NCBI GenBank assembly: GCA_043809585.1
Contig: JBDROZ010000018.1
Span: forward strand, 1-55,387
Direction: 5' to 3'
Origin: Candidatus Eiseniibacteriota bacterium
Lineage (GTDB): Bacteria; Orphanbacterota; Orphanbacteria; Orphanbacterales; Orphanbacteraceae
DNA: 55,387 bases
This document shows, in pieces, positions 41,322-50,784 of the stretch. A program made the position numbers and the translations under genes. Each line of letters opens with the position of its first letter. Within the stretch, counting starts at the first letter, position 1. Below the pieces are notes generated by a model, which was not told the DNA's origin, made no database searches, and worked only from the letters and a program-made list of their open reading frames with translations.

Positions 41322-42245
41322 CTACGACTCCGACTTCGTATCCTGCCCCCTCCCCCGATCCTTCCTCTTTCTCTCCGCGATGATCACCCCCGCCAAGACC
41401 AGTGCGCCGCCGATCGCGGTCCAACCCCCGAACGGGTCGCCGAGATAGGGAACGGCGATGGCGGTGGTGGCGAGGGGGAGGAGATAGAGGAAGTACCCCG
41501 CCCGCGCGGCGCCGAGCCGCGCCACCCCTTCCTGCCAGAACCAGAGGGCGAGGAACGTGCTTCCGATCGCGAGGAAGAGGAGGGCGGCGTACCCCTCGCC
41601 GGTGAGCCGGAGGAGGACGCCGGCGCGGCCGGTGGCGATCATGTAGACCGCCGGCGGGGTCCCGCAGAGGGCGAGGATGATCGCCGTGACGCCGATCGGC
41701 GGGTGCCGGCGCGAGACATCCCGGGCGAGGGCCGTGTAGACCCCCCAAAGCACGATCGACGCGAGCACGAACCAGTCCCCCCGGTTCGAGAGCCAGTCGA
41801 GGTTGCCGAGGGCCCCGTGGGAGACGAGCAGCACGAGACCGCCCGTCGCGACCGCCATGCCCGCCATCTGAATCCCCGTGATCCGCTCCCGGAGAAAGAG
41901 CCCCGCGAAGAACGAGATCGAGAGAGGGGCCGCCGCCACGATCCAACCCGAGTTGGTCGCCGTGGTCCACTGGATCCCGGTGAACTGGACGGTCCAGTGG
42001 ACGAGAAGCACCAGGGAGGCGGGAAGGATCGCGTGAAGGTCGGCGGCGGCGAGTTTTCGGGGCCAGCCCCTCGTGAACTGGGCGGTGAGGGCCATGGGAA
42101 TGACGCCGAGGATGATGCGCCACGCCACGATCGACGAGACCGGCATCTGATCCACGAGGATCTTGGTCGCCACGAACGACCCGCCCCAGAAGACCACGGG
42201 GAAGAGGAGGAGAATGTAGGCGGTCCGGTTTCCGGCGGGCGTCAT
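41322..42245 (-). CDS. DMT/EamA family transporter
   Basis: FWGGSFVATK, ~10 TM helices, two EamA repeats. Confidence 0.92.
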   Translation of the reverse strand: MTPAGNRTAYILLLFPVVFWGGSFVATKILVDQMPVSSIVAWRIILGVIPMALTAQFTRGWPRKLAAADLHAILPASLVLLVHWTVQFTGIQWTTATNSGWIVAAAPLSISFFAGLFLRERITGIQMAGMAVATGGLVLLVSHGALGNLDWLSNRGDWFVLASIVLWGVYTALARDVSRRHPPIGVTAIILALCGTPPAVYMIATGRAGVLLRLTGEGYAALLFLAIGSTFLALWFWQEGVARLGAARAGYFLYLLPLATTAIAVPYLGDPFGGWTAIGGALVLAGVIIAERKRKDRGRGQDTKSES

Positions 42246-42376
42246 GGTCGCTCTCCCTCGCGGAAAGAGTACCCCGTCCGTGAACGGCGGGACACCGCAA
42301 AGAGGAGAATCCCCCGTCCCTCGGGCCCTGCGATTTGTTATGCTCCAATCCCGATCGACATCGCGGAGGATCGTTC

Positions 42377-45300
42377 ATGCGTCCCCGGCCCCCGGTCATC
42401 GCTTCCCTGCTCTTCCTCTCCGGCGCCTCGGCCCTTGTCTATCAGACGGTCTGGTTCCGGGAGCTGCGCCTCGTCTTCGGCACCTCCACGCCCGCCTCGT
42501 CGACGGTGCTCGCCATCTTCATGGCGGGGCTCGGATTCGGCGGGCTCGTTCTCGGCGGGCGGGTCGATCGATCACGGAACCCCCTGAAGTTCTACGGTCG
42601 TCTCGAGGCGGGCATCGCGATCCTCGCCGTTCTCACCCCGCTTCTTCTCTGGGCCGTGTCGTGGGTCTACTGGCGGGCCGGCGGATCCGCCCTCCTCGGG
42701 GCGCCCGCGGCCACGTCGATCCGCGTGGTCCTCTCGTTCCTGGTTCTCGGCCTCCCGACCTTCCTCATGGGGGGAACCCTGCCGGCCGCCGCCCGGTCCG
42801 TGGAGGTGAGGGAGGACCGGCGAAGGCGACGGACGGCCCTCCTGTACGGCGCCAACACCCTCGGCGGCGTCGCGGGCGTCCTGCTCCCGACCTTCTGGCT
42901 CTTCGAGTGGATCGGCATCCGCGGGACGCTCTGGTCGGCGGGACTCCTGAACGGTCTCGTCGCGCTCGCCGCCCTCCGCTACGCCTCTCTCATGGCCCCG
43001 GCCCCCGCCGGAGAGAAAGTCGTGGAGGAAGGATGTCCCGCCGCGGTGGAAGGGGAGGGGGAGGACGTTCTCCCGCCGGCCGGGCTCGTCCTCATCGCGG
43101 CGGCCGTGGTGGGGTTCGCTTTCCTGTCGATGGAACTCGTCTGGTACCGCATGCTCGTTCCCCTGCTCGGCGGCACGACATACACCTTCGGCCTCGTCCT
43201 CGCGGTGGTCCTCCTCGGAATCGGCGCCGGAGGGGCGTCGTATTCCCTTGCCGGACGCCGCCGGCCGGCCACGCTGGCGGCCCTCGCCGTCACCGCCGGT
43301 CTCGAAGCGCTCTGCGTATCGATCCCCTTCGCCCTCGGCGACCGGACGGCGATCGTGGCCGCCCTTTTCGGGACCTCCGGCGAGGCCGGATTCGGTCTCC
43401 GGGTCGTCCTGTGGGGCGCGATCGCGTCGTGGGTCATCCTCCCCGCCGCCCTCGTGTCGGGCTTCCAGTTTCCCCTTCTCATCGGGCTCCTCGGCCGCGG
43501 CCGCGAACGGGTCGGCCGCCACGTCGGCCTGGGTTACGCGTGGAACACGATGGGCGCCATCGCCGGCGCCCTCGGGACGGGCTTCCTTCTCCTCCCGCGG
43601 CTCACGGCGCCGGGGGTATGGCGCATGGTAGTGCTCCTGCTCGCCCTTCTCGCCTTCGGTGCGGCGTGGGCAAGCCTCCGCGGGCGCCGCCGCCCGGTCA
43701 TCCCCGTCCTCATCGCCGTCCTCTTCGCGGCAACGGCCCTGGCCGGGATCGCCCGGACCGGACCGACCGCCGCCTGGCGCCAAGCCCCGATCGGCGCGGG
43801 CCGGGCGTCCATCTCGGATCCCTCGCCGAACGGCGTCGAGCGCTGGGTCCGGGCGCACCGTCGGGGGGTGATCTGGGAGGCCGAAGGGAGGGAGAGCAAC
43901 GTGGCGATGGAGTCGTCCAACGGCCTCGCGTTTCTATTGAACGGGAAGACGGACGGAAACGCCCGGCTCGACGCGGCGACCCAGGTGATGTACGGCATGG
44001 TCGGCGCCATCCTGCATCCGGAACCGAGGCGGGCCCTCGTCATCGGGCTCGGCACGGGGAGCACCGCGGGGTGGCTCGCCTCGATCCCCTCCATGGAACG
44101 GGTGGATGTGGCGGAGATCGAACCGGCCATCCTGGAGGTGGCCCGGGCGTGCGGGCCGGTCAACCGGAACGCCATGGACAACCCGAGAGTCCGGATCTTC
44201 ACCGGCGACGCCCGGGAAATGGTGCTCGTTTCCCGGGAGCGGTACGACCTGATCGCCTCGGAGCCGTCCAATCCGTACCGGGCGGGGATCGCGAGCCTCT
44301 TCACACGGGAGTTCTACAGGGCCGCGGCGGACCGGCTGGATGAGGACGGGCTCTTTCTCCAGTGGGTCCAGGCGTACGAGGTGGACGCCGCGACGATCCG
44401 CACCATCATGGCCACCCTCTCCTCGGCTTTTCCCCACGTGGAGACCTGGCGCACGAATGTGACCGACCTCCTCTTCGTCTGCGGGAAGAAGCCCGTCGAA
44501 TACGATACGGCCGCCCTCCGCCGCCGGGTCGCCGCGGACCCCTTCGCCTCCGCCCTCGCCGCCGCCTGGCGGGTCGACGATCTGGAGGGGTTCCTGGCCC
44601 GGTTCGTCGCATCCTCGGACCTCACCCGCACCGTGGCGCACTGGGAGGGAGGGCGGGTCAACACCGACGACCGGCCCCTCGTCGAGTTCGGGTTCGCGCG
44701 CACCGTCGGCCGGAGCGGCCTCTTCCGGATCGACGAGCTCCGGGAGACGGCGGTCCGGCGCCGCAACGACCGCCCCGAGAGGCTGGCGGGGACCGTGCGC
44801 TGGGACCGGATGGAGGACGAGAGGGCGGCCCTCTACACGCAGCAGGATTTCTATCCGCCCATGCCCCCTTCTCCCGACGAGGAGCGGCGCCGGAGAATCT
44901 CCGCGGAGACTTCCTATCTCTCGGGGGACGGGGGCGCGGCCCTCGCCGCCTGGCCCTTCGGCGGAAGGCCTCCGGAAGGGATGACGGAAATCGCGGTGGT
45001 GGCCGATCTTCTCGCGGAGGCGGGTTCGGAAGAGGCTCTCCCCCTGATCGGCCGGGTCGGAACCTGGAGCGCCGCCGAGGCCGAGCTGATCCGGGCGCGC
45101 CTTCTCCTGGCCCGCGGGGACGCGGCGCGGGCGGCCGCGGCTCTGGAAGGGGCGTTCCGGGAGTGCCGGAAGGACCCGTGGCCGTGGCCCCGGCTCGTGC
45201 GCGGCGGTCTCGATCTCGTGGCGGAGATCGCCGCCCGGGATCCCCGGGGAGGGGTGCGCCTCTATGAGGCTCTGAGCGAGCCCTTCGCGGTTTATCTGCT

Positions 45301-45625
45301 CGACGAGGCGAGACTCGCCGCCCTGGTCGCCGCGGGGAGGGTCCTGGGAGGAGAGCCTCACGCCCGGGCGATCGAGCGGTGGGAGCCCGATGTTCCTTGG
45401 GACGGTCCCTTCCTTGTCGAACGGGCCGAAGCGTACGGGCGGGTCGGTCACCGGCTCGCCTCGCGGGCGGCGCGGGAGCGGGACGAGTACTACCGGCGGG
45501 AACCGCTCCCCTTCGATACGGAAGTCGGGGGGCAGGGGGCCGGGGTCAGGGGCGCTCTCCGCTCCGGAAGTCCTCCTTCCGAAGGCCGAGAGCGCGCATC
45601 TTCGCGTGGAGCGCGCGGGGGGTGA
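42377..45625 (+). CDS. Fused multi-TM/spermidine-synthase-like protein with helical C-terminal region
   Basis: LSGASALVYQTVW, LYGANTLG, NGKTDG, VIGLGTGST, AEIEP, DLIASEPSNP; GGAGG RBS before ATG 42377. Confidence 0.88.
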   Translation: MRPRPPVIASLLFLSGASALVYQTVWFRELRLVFGTSTPASSTVLAIFMAGLGFGGLVLGGRVDRSRNPLKFYGRLEAGIAILAVLTPLLLWAVSWVYWRAGGSALLGAPAATSIRVVLSFLVLGLPTFLMGGTLPAAARSVEVREDRRRRRTALLYGANTLGGVAGVLLPTFWLFEWIGIRGTLWSAGLLNGLVALAALRYASLMAPAPAGEKVVEEGCPAAVEGEGEDVLPPAGLVLIAAAVVGFAFLSMELVWYRMLVPLLGGTTYTFGLVLAVVLLGIGAGGASYSLAGRRRPATLAALAVTAGLEALCVSIPFALGDRTAIVAALFGTSGEAGFGLRVVLWGAIASWVILPAALVSGFQFPLLIGLLGRGRERVGRHVGLGYAWNTMGAIAGALGTGFLLLPRLTAPGVWRMVVLLLALLAFGAAWASLRGRRRPVIPVLIAVLFAATALAGIARTGPTAAWRQAPIGAGRASISDPSPNGVERWVRAHRRGVIWEAEGRESNVAMESSNGLAFLLNGKTDGNARLDAATQVMYGMVGAILHPEPRRALVIGLGTGSTAGWLASIPSMERVDVAEIEPAILEVARACGPVNRNAMDNPRVRIFTGDAREMVLVSRERYDLIASEPSNPYRAGIASLFTREFYRAAADRLDEDGLFLQWVQAYEVDAATIRTIMATLSSAFPHVETWRTNVTDLLFVCGKKPVEYDTAALRRRVAADPFASALAAAWRVDDLEGFLARFVASSDLTRTVAHWEGGRVNTDDRPLVEFGFARTVGRSGLFRIDELRETAVRRRNDRPERLAGTVRWDRMEDERAALYTQQDFYPPMPPSPDEERRRRISAETSYLSGDGGAALAAWPFGGRPPEGMTEIAVVADLLAEAGSEEALPLIGRVGTWSAAEAELIRARLLLARGDAARAAAALEGAFRECRKDPWPWPRLVRGGLDLVAEIAARDPRGGVRLYEALSEPFAVYLLDEARLAALVAAGRVLGGEPHARAIERWEPDVPWDGPFLVERAEAYGRVGHRLASRAARERDEYYRREPLPFDTEVGGQGAGVRGALRSGSPPSEGRERASSRGARGG

Positions 45626-46994
45626 TGCCCGCCCGCTTCGCCGTGAGCCCGATCCGCCCCTCGGCGCGCCGGAGGAGATCGGTCAGGTACGCCCTCTCGA
45701 ACTCGACGGTCACTTCCCGCTTGGCATCCCGAAGCGTGTGCCCCTCCCAATCGACGCTCCCCGCGGCCGGGCCCGGCGGCGCGTGGGCCGGCCGTCCGGT
45801 GGACCCGCCCGGCGGGGAAGGGCCGGCGATCGCTTCGGGTAGATCGGAAAGAGCGATCCGGTCGGCCGGGCAGAGAAGCACGGCCCGCTCGATCACGTTG
45901 ATCAGCTCTCGAACGTTGCCCGGCCAGTCGTAGGCGACGAGCGCGTCCATCGCCTCCGCGGCGATGCCGCTGATCTCCCGTCCCAGCTTGATTTCGTAGA
46001 TGTCCATGTAGCCCCGGACGAGGTCCGGGATGTCCTCGCGCCGCTGCCGGAGGGGAGGGAGGGTGAGGGTGACCACGCCGAGGCGATAGAAGAGGTCCTT
46101 CCGGAACCGTTCCGCTTCGATCTCCTCGTCGATGTTCCGGTTCGTCGCCGCCATGACCCGCACGTCGATGCCGATCTCCCTCTCGCTGCCGATCCGCTGG
46201 ATCCTCTTCTCCTGCAGCACCCGGAGGAGTTTGACCTGCACGTGGGAGGGCATCTCACCGATCTCGTCGAGGAAGAGCGTCCCCTCGTGGGCCATCTCGA
46301 AGTGGCCCCGGCGCGCCTTGTGGGCTCCCGTGAACGCCCCCTCCTCGTGGCCGAAGAGTTCGCTCTCGAGCAGGGTCTCCGGTATGGCGCCGCAGTTGAC
46401 CGCCACGAAAGGACCCATCGCCCGGGGACCTTCCTCGTGGATCGCCCGGGCCAGCCACTCCTTGCCGACGCCCGTCTCGCCGAGGAGGAGGAGCGACGTG
46501 TCCGTGGAGGAGACGCGGCGGGCGATCTCCATCAGTCTCAGCATGGCGGGGCTGGCGCTGACGAAGTCGGTCAGCCGGTTGCGGCGGGGGAGGGGAGAGT
46601 CGGCGCCGAAGCGCCGGTGCCCCTCTTCCCGGCGCCGCCTCACGATGGACGTGATCACCTCCCGGAGGGCGGAATCGGGCAGGGAGGGGGAGAGGACGGC
46701 GAGGCTGCCGGCGCCGAGCAGGTGGGCCGTCTCTTCCGCGTCCCGCTCTTCGCCGACGATCACGACCTCCGGCCGCTCCGGCAGCTCCCGGATCGCCGCC
46801 ACCGATTCGGTCTCGGGATCGGGGAGGAGTTCCCGTTCGATCACCACCAGGTCGTACGGCTCCGCCGCCAGGTGATCCCAGATCGGCTTGGTCGTCGGCG
46901 GGACGGAGACGAGCGCTTCCGCGCGGCGGGCGATCCGGGAGAACCGGCGCCGCTCCTCTTGGTCCCGAATCGCGAGCATGAGTCGAATCAACAT
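45546..46994 (-). CDS. sigma54-dependent enhancer-binding protein with atypical receiver domain
   Basis: [38 protein letters not shown], Fis-type HTH. Confidence 0.95.
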   Translation of the reverse strand: MLIRLMLAIRDQEERRRFSRIARRAEALVSVPPTTKPIWDHLAAEPYDLVVIERELLPDPETESVAAIRELPERPEVVIVGEERDAEETAHLLGAGSLAVLSPSLPDSALREVITSIVRRRREEGHRRFGADSPLPRRNRLTDFVSASPAMLRLMEIARRVSSTDTSLLLLGETGVGKEWLARAIHEEGPRAMGPFVAVNCGAIPETLLESELFGHEEGAFTGAHKARRGHFEMAHEGTLFLDEIGEMPSHVQVKLLRVLQEKRIQRIGSEREIGIDVRVMAATNRNIDEEIEAERFRKDLFYRLGVVTLTLPPLRQRREDIPDLVRGYMDIYEIKLGREISGIAAEAMDALVAYDWPGNVRELINVIERAVLLCPADRIALSDLPEAIAGPSPPGGSTGRPAHAPPGPAAGSVDWEGHTLRDAKREVTVEFERAYLTDLLRRAEGRIGLTAKRAGITPRALHAKMRALGLRKEDFRSGERP

Positions 46995-47007
46995 CGGAAC
47001 ATGTACC

Positions 47008-47061
47008 TCCGATCTGATCAGAATTATATCCTCCGATTCTGTCGGAAGTCAAGATTCCGAT
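47008..47061. promoter_or_regulatory. Candidate enhancer (UAS): TCCGAT repeated at 24-bp intervals
   Basis: TCCGA-N5-TCAGA (47008), TCCGA-N5-TCGGA (47032), half-site (47056). Confidence 0.6.
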
Positions 47062-47100
47062 TGTGGGGTCCCTTGATGGCCGGCGTGAAGATCTAGATCA

Positions 47101-47113
47101 TAACCTATTGTTT
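47101..47113 (-). promoter_or_regulatory. IHF-like site
   Basis: AAACAATAGGTTA, one mismatch to WATCAANNNNTTR, in an AT-rich patch between UAS and promoter. Confidence 0.5.
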
Positions 47114-47151
47114 ATAAGTATGTTGCCTCCTTCCATTTTTTGAGAATGTTG

Positions 47152-47168
47152 TGGCACGGCGGGTGCTA
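47152..47168 (+). promoter_or_regulatory. sigma54 -24/-12 promoter
   Basis: TGGCACggcggGTGCTA; GG-N10-GC spacing is exact. Confidence 0.75.
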
Positions 47169-47250
47169 ATGATCGGATCGCCAGGAATCGCGGTGATCAC
47201 CATACCGGAAAGTCCGCGCCCGTTCGGCGCGGACCCGGGGGAGAAAGAGG

Positions 47251-47463
47251 ATGGAAGATCGGTACGAGGAGTGGCAGGACGTAGGCACGAAGCCGGGGAA
47301 GAGCCGCCGGCGTAAGGGGCGGGTCCCGGCGCCAGCGCGAAAACCACGGGAGTCCGGCATCGAGTGGCTTCCGGAAGACGTTTTGGACTCCTACGTGGGG
47401 GACGACCTCGATCTCGACGAAGATTGGGACAAGTACTTCCAGGGGGAGGACGACTCCGAATGA
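47251..47463 (+). CDS. 70-aa bipolar (basic then very acidic) small protein
   Basis: Purine-rich RBS; first ORF after the sigma54 promoter; KSRRRK then DDLDLDEDWDKYFQGEDDSE. Confidence 0.65.
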   Translation: MEDRYEEWQDVGTKPGKSRRRKGRVPAPARKPRESGIEWLPEDVLDSYVGDDLDLDEDWDKYFQGEDDSE

Positions 47464-47603
47464 AACCGAAGGGGGAAACGCCGGCCGGGCCCAAGCGGAA
47501 TCCCGAACCCCCTCCGCCCCCGCGGAAGCCGGCCGAGGAGACCCCCGAGAAGGCGGTTTCCGAGGGACGCGCGGTGAGGCGGATGCCCTCGCCCCGTCGC
47601 TAG
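47460..47603 (+). CDS. Possible 47-aa Pro/charged peptide
   Basis: ATGA overlap with the upstream stop; low complexity. Confidence 0.3.
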   Translation: MKPKGETPAGPKRNPEPPPPPRKPAEETPEKAVSEGRAVRRMPSPRR

Positions 47604-47777
47604 GCGAGGATCGGATCGAATCGGATTGCGAGTGCGGGACCCGGTCCCTCCCGATCATCCACCGGAATGCCGAGCCCGTGGAATGCGGTTCGCGGCGTGG
47701 TGGAACTCGGCCTCGGGGGAGGGCCGGGCCCCTTTCGTGGAAATGTAGGAACGAAACCCCTTGCGGGGGGGAAACCC

Positions 47778-48224
47778 ATGGTCGCGGCGAGACTCTTCGG
47801 AATCTGGATCGACGAGCGCCAGGCGGTCCTGGTCGGCTTCCACGGCGACGGACCGGTGACGCTCCGCCTCATCGATTCCGGCATCGACGAGGTGTCGCCT
47901 CCCGCCGGCCTCGAACCGGGCCGATCCCCGAAAGCGGAAGACCCGGACGCGGAGTATCGCCGGAGCCGGGCGTTCCTCCGCTATTACCGCCGCGTGATCG
48001 GCGCCGTAGCCGAGGCGGACCGGATCGCGATCTTCGGTCCCGGCGAGGCGCGCCGATCCCTCGATCGGGAGATGCGGCGGGTCCCCGGGTTCCTCTCCCG
48101 CATCGTCGGCGTGGAGGCGGCGGACGCCATGCCCCGGAAGCGGTTCATCGCCAAGGTCCGCGCATTCTATCACCTTCCCGCGGAAGGCGCCGGCGTCTCT
48201 CACCGGGAGCCGACCGCCGCCTGA
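47778..48224 (+). CDS. eRF1-domain-2-like/host-attachment-like protein
   Basis: GIWIDERQAVLV, IAIFGPGEA, VGVEAAD, AKVRAFY pattern. Confidence 0.65.
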   Translation: MVAARLFGIWIDERQAVLVGFHGDGPVTLRLIDSGIDEVSPPAGLEPGRSPKAEDPDAEYRRSRAFLRYYRRVIGAVAEADRIAIFGPGEARRSLDREMRRVPGFLSRIVGVEAADAMPRKRFIAKVRAFYHLPAEGAGVSHREPTAA

Positions 48225-48392
48225 CCGGCCCCCCCTTCTTTCACTCTTCTCTTCTTCGCGGTCTCCGTTCCCTTTCGGTCGTTCCTCCCTTTCTCCGCCC
48301 GGCCCGCCGGGTCGGTCCTCTTTGTTCCGGAAGGGAAACCACGATGGCCACGAAGGAACTGGGAGAGGACCGGCGGCGGGAAGCGATCCCGA

Positions 48393-50726
48393 CTACTTCA
48401 AGGGGAAGAAGAGGGGGACGAGGAGGACGATGGCGGCGAGGAGAATGATCGTCAGCGGCGTGCCGACCCTGAGGTAGTCGGTCACCTTGTATCCGCCGGC
48501 GCCCATGACGAGGAGGTTCGCCTTGTGGCTGAAGGGGGTCATGAATGCCGCCGACGCCGCGAGGCTGACGCCCATCATCATCGCGTAGGGGGAGAGGCCG
48601 AGTAGGTCCGCCGCCTGGAGCACCACCGGCGTCAACAGGACCACGGCCGGCGCGCCGTCGAGGCATTGACTGAGCAGGCTCGCCAGGAAGACGAGACCGG
48701 CGAGCACCGCGTAGGGCCCCAATGGCCCCGCCACGCTCGTGACCGACGTCGAGAGAACCATGGCGGCGCCGGTCCGCTCCATGGCGATGCCCACGGGGAG
48801 AATGGCGGCGACCAGGAAGACGGCCCGCCATTCCACGGCCCGGTACGCCTCCTCCATCGTGATCGCCCGGGTGAGGACCACGAAGATCGCCGCCGCGAAG
48901 GCGGCCACGTGGATCGGCTGGTAGCCGGTCACGACGAAACCGATGAGAAGGAGGAGGGCCGCGAACGCGAGGGGGGCCTTGTGGGTTCGCTTCGGTTCCT
49001 GGGCGCGGGTCGAGAGGGTGACGAAGTCCGGATCGGTGCCGAATAGACGGATCTTCCGCCACGGCCCCTGGATGAGGAGGGCGTCGCCGAACCGGAGGGG
49101 CATCTTCGCGAGGTTGGTGTGAATCGCCTTCCCCTCCCGCCAGAGGGCGAGCACCTGGAGGCCGTACTTCTCCCGGAAGCGCATCTTCGCGAGCGTGTTC
49201 CCCGCCGCCCGGGACCGGGGGGCGACGGTCGCCTCCACGACCCCCACGTCCTCCGACTCGAGGCCGGCGCCCTGGACGTTCTGGCTGAGCTGCACGTCGC
49301 CGAGGGAGAGGATGCTCCGGATGCGGCCCGACTCGCCCGCCACGAGCAGTTCGTCCTCCGCCTCCAGCACCAGGTCGGGGCTCGCGGCGAGGAACGTCTC
49401 CCGGCCCCGGCAGATCCCGGCCACAGTGATCCCCACCAACTCCCCGATCCGGCTCCCGCCGATGGAGGCGCCGATCAGCGCGGACCCTTCGTGCACGCGG
49501 AGAACGAACATGTGTCCCTGCATGTCCTGGAAGAGCGCCTCCCCGACCCGGGAGATCTCCATCCCCCGCTGCTGGGCGAGGAGCTCGAGCTGGGACTGGG
49601 TGCCGAGGGCGAGGATCTCGTCATCCTCTCGGAGCCGCTCGAGGCCGAGGTCCCGGTCGAGGATCTCCCCCTCCCGCCGGATGCCGACGGCGATGACCCC
49701 GTAATGCTCCCGGAAACGCACCCCCCGCAGGGTTCGCCCGAGGAGCGGAGACCCCGTCACGATGCGGGCGTTGATCCCCGTCATCCGCCCCGACGCCTTC
49801 GCGAAATCGCCCGGCCGGGCCTCGCCGATCTCGACCCCCTGGATGCGGAAAAGCTCCTGCAGGTCGTCGAAGCGTCCTTTGACGAGGAGCACGTCGCCGC
49901 CGAGAAGCACCGTGTTCGCCTCGGGCGCGAGCTGCTTCCGCCCCTCGCTCAAGATGCCGACGACCTGCACGCCGAGGGCGGTGCCGAGCTTCGTCTGCTG
50001 CAGCGTGAGGCCGTCGAGGCGGGATCCGTAGGGGATCTTGATGGAGAAGAGCGATTCGTGAAGCTGGTATACCTCCGCCAGGTCCCGGGCGCCGGCCGAC
50101 CCGTCGGCGAGGGTCGTTTCCGGAAGCAGGCGGCGCCCGACGGTGGCCATGAAGAGGATGCCCCCGAGGAGAAGGACGGCGCCGATCGGCGTGAAGTCGA
50201 AGAGGGAGAACGGCTCGTAGCCCCTCTGCCGGAGCATGTCGGAGGCGAGGATGTTCGGCGGGGTGCCGACCAGGGTCGTGGTTCCTCCGAGGATCGCTCC
50301 GAAGGCGAGGGGCATGAAGAAACGGGAGGGGGAGACGCCGGTCTTCCGGGCGATGCTCGCCACCGCGGGCATGAGGACCGCCGTGGCGGCGATGTTGTTC
50401 ATGAACGCCGAGAGCACGCCCCCCACGAGCATGATGGCGATGAGCAGGGGGATCTCCCGGGGGCCGATCAGCTTGGTCACCCGGGCGCCGACCAGATCGG
50501 CGAGGCCCGTGTGGAGCATGGCGGCGCTCACGAAGAAGATCGAGAGCATGGTGATGACCGCGGGCGAGGAGAAGCCGGTGAACGCCTCGGCGGGCGTGAC
50601 GAAGCCGCCGAGGGTGAAGACGAGCAGCCCGAGAAAGGCGGTGAGATCGACGGGCAGCTTCTCGGTGAAGAAGAAGTACGCCATCGCGAGAAGAATGGCG
50701 AAGAGGATTCCGATTTCCACCGTCAT
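48393..50726 (-). CDS. SLC13/CitMHS-type permease with four TrkA-C (RCK-C) domains
   Basis: LSAFMNN, LGGTTTLVGTPPN, repeated S.L.G.TL motifs, FMTPFSH, GAGGYK. Confidence 0.92.
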   Translation of the reverse strand: MTVEIGILFAILLAMAYFFFTEKLPVDLTAFLGLLVFTLGGFVTPAEAFTGFSSPAVITMLSIFFVSAAMLHTGLADLVGARVTKLIGPREIPLLIAIMLVGGVLSAFMNNIAATAVLMPAVASIARKTGVSPSRFFMPLAFGAILGGTTTLVGTPPNILASDMLRQRGYEPFSLFDFTPIGAVLLLGGILFMATVGRRLLPETTLADGSAGARDLAEVYQLHESLFSIKIPYGSRLDGLTLQQTKLGTALGVQVVGILSEGRKQLAPEANTVLLGGDVLLVKGRFDDLQELFRIQGVEIGEARPGDFAKASGRMTGINARIVTGSPLLGRTLRGVRFREHYGVIAVGIRREGEILDRDLGLERLREDDEILALGTQSQLELLAQQRGMEISRVGEALFQDMQGHMFVLRVHEGSALIGASIGGSRIGELVGITVAGICRGRETFLAASPDLVLEAEDELLVAGESGRIRSILSLGDVQLSQNVQGAGLESEDVGVVEATVAPRSRAAGNTLAKMRFREKYGLQVLALWREGKAIHTNLAKMPLRFGDALLIQGPWRKIRLFGTDPDFVTLSTRAQEPKRTHKAPLAFAALLLLIGFVVTGYQPIHVAAFAAAIFVVLTRAITMEEAYRAVEWRAVFLVAAILPVGIAMERTGAAMVLSTSVTSVAGPLGPYAVLAGLVFLASLLSQCLDGAPAVVLLTPVVLQAADLLGLSPYAMMMGVSLAASAAFMTPFSHKANLLVMGAGGYKVTDYLRVGTPLTIILLAAIVLLVPLFFPLK

Positions 50727-50784
50727 GGGCGGATTGTAGCCGTCCGGGGCCCGATTCTCACGCCTCTTTTTTGCATAATCCAGG

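Noticed and set aside
48225-48392. Strongly pyrimidine-skewed intergenic stretch
   Set aside because: No repeat, start codon context or stable structure; may only be a Rho-loading tract
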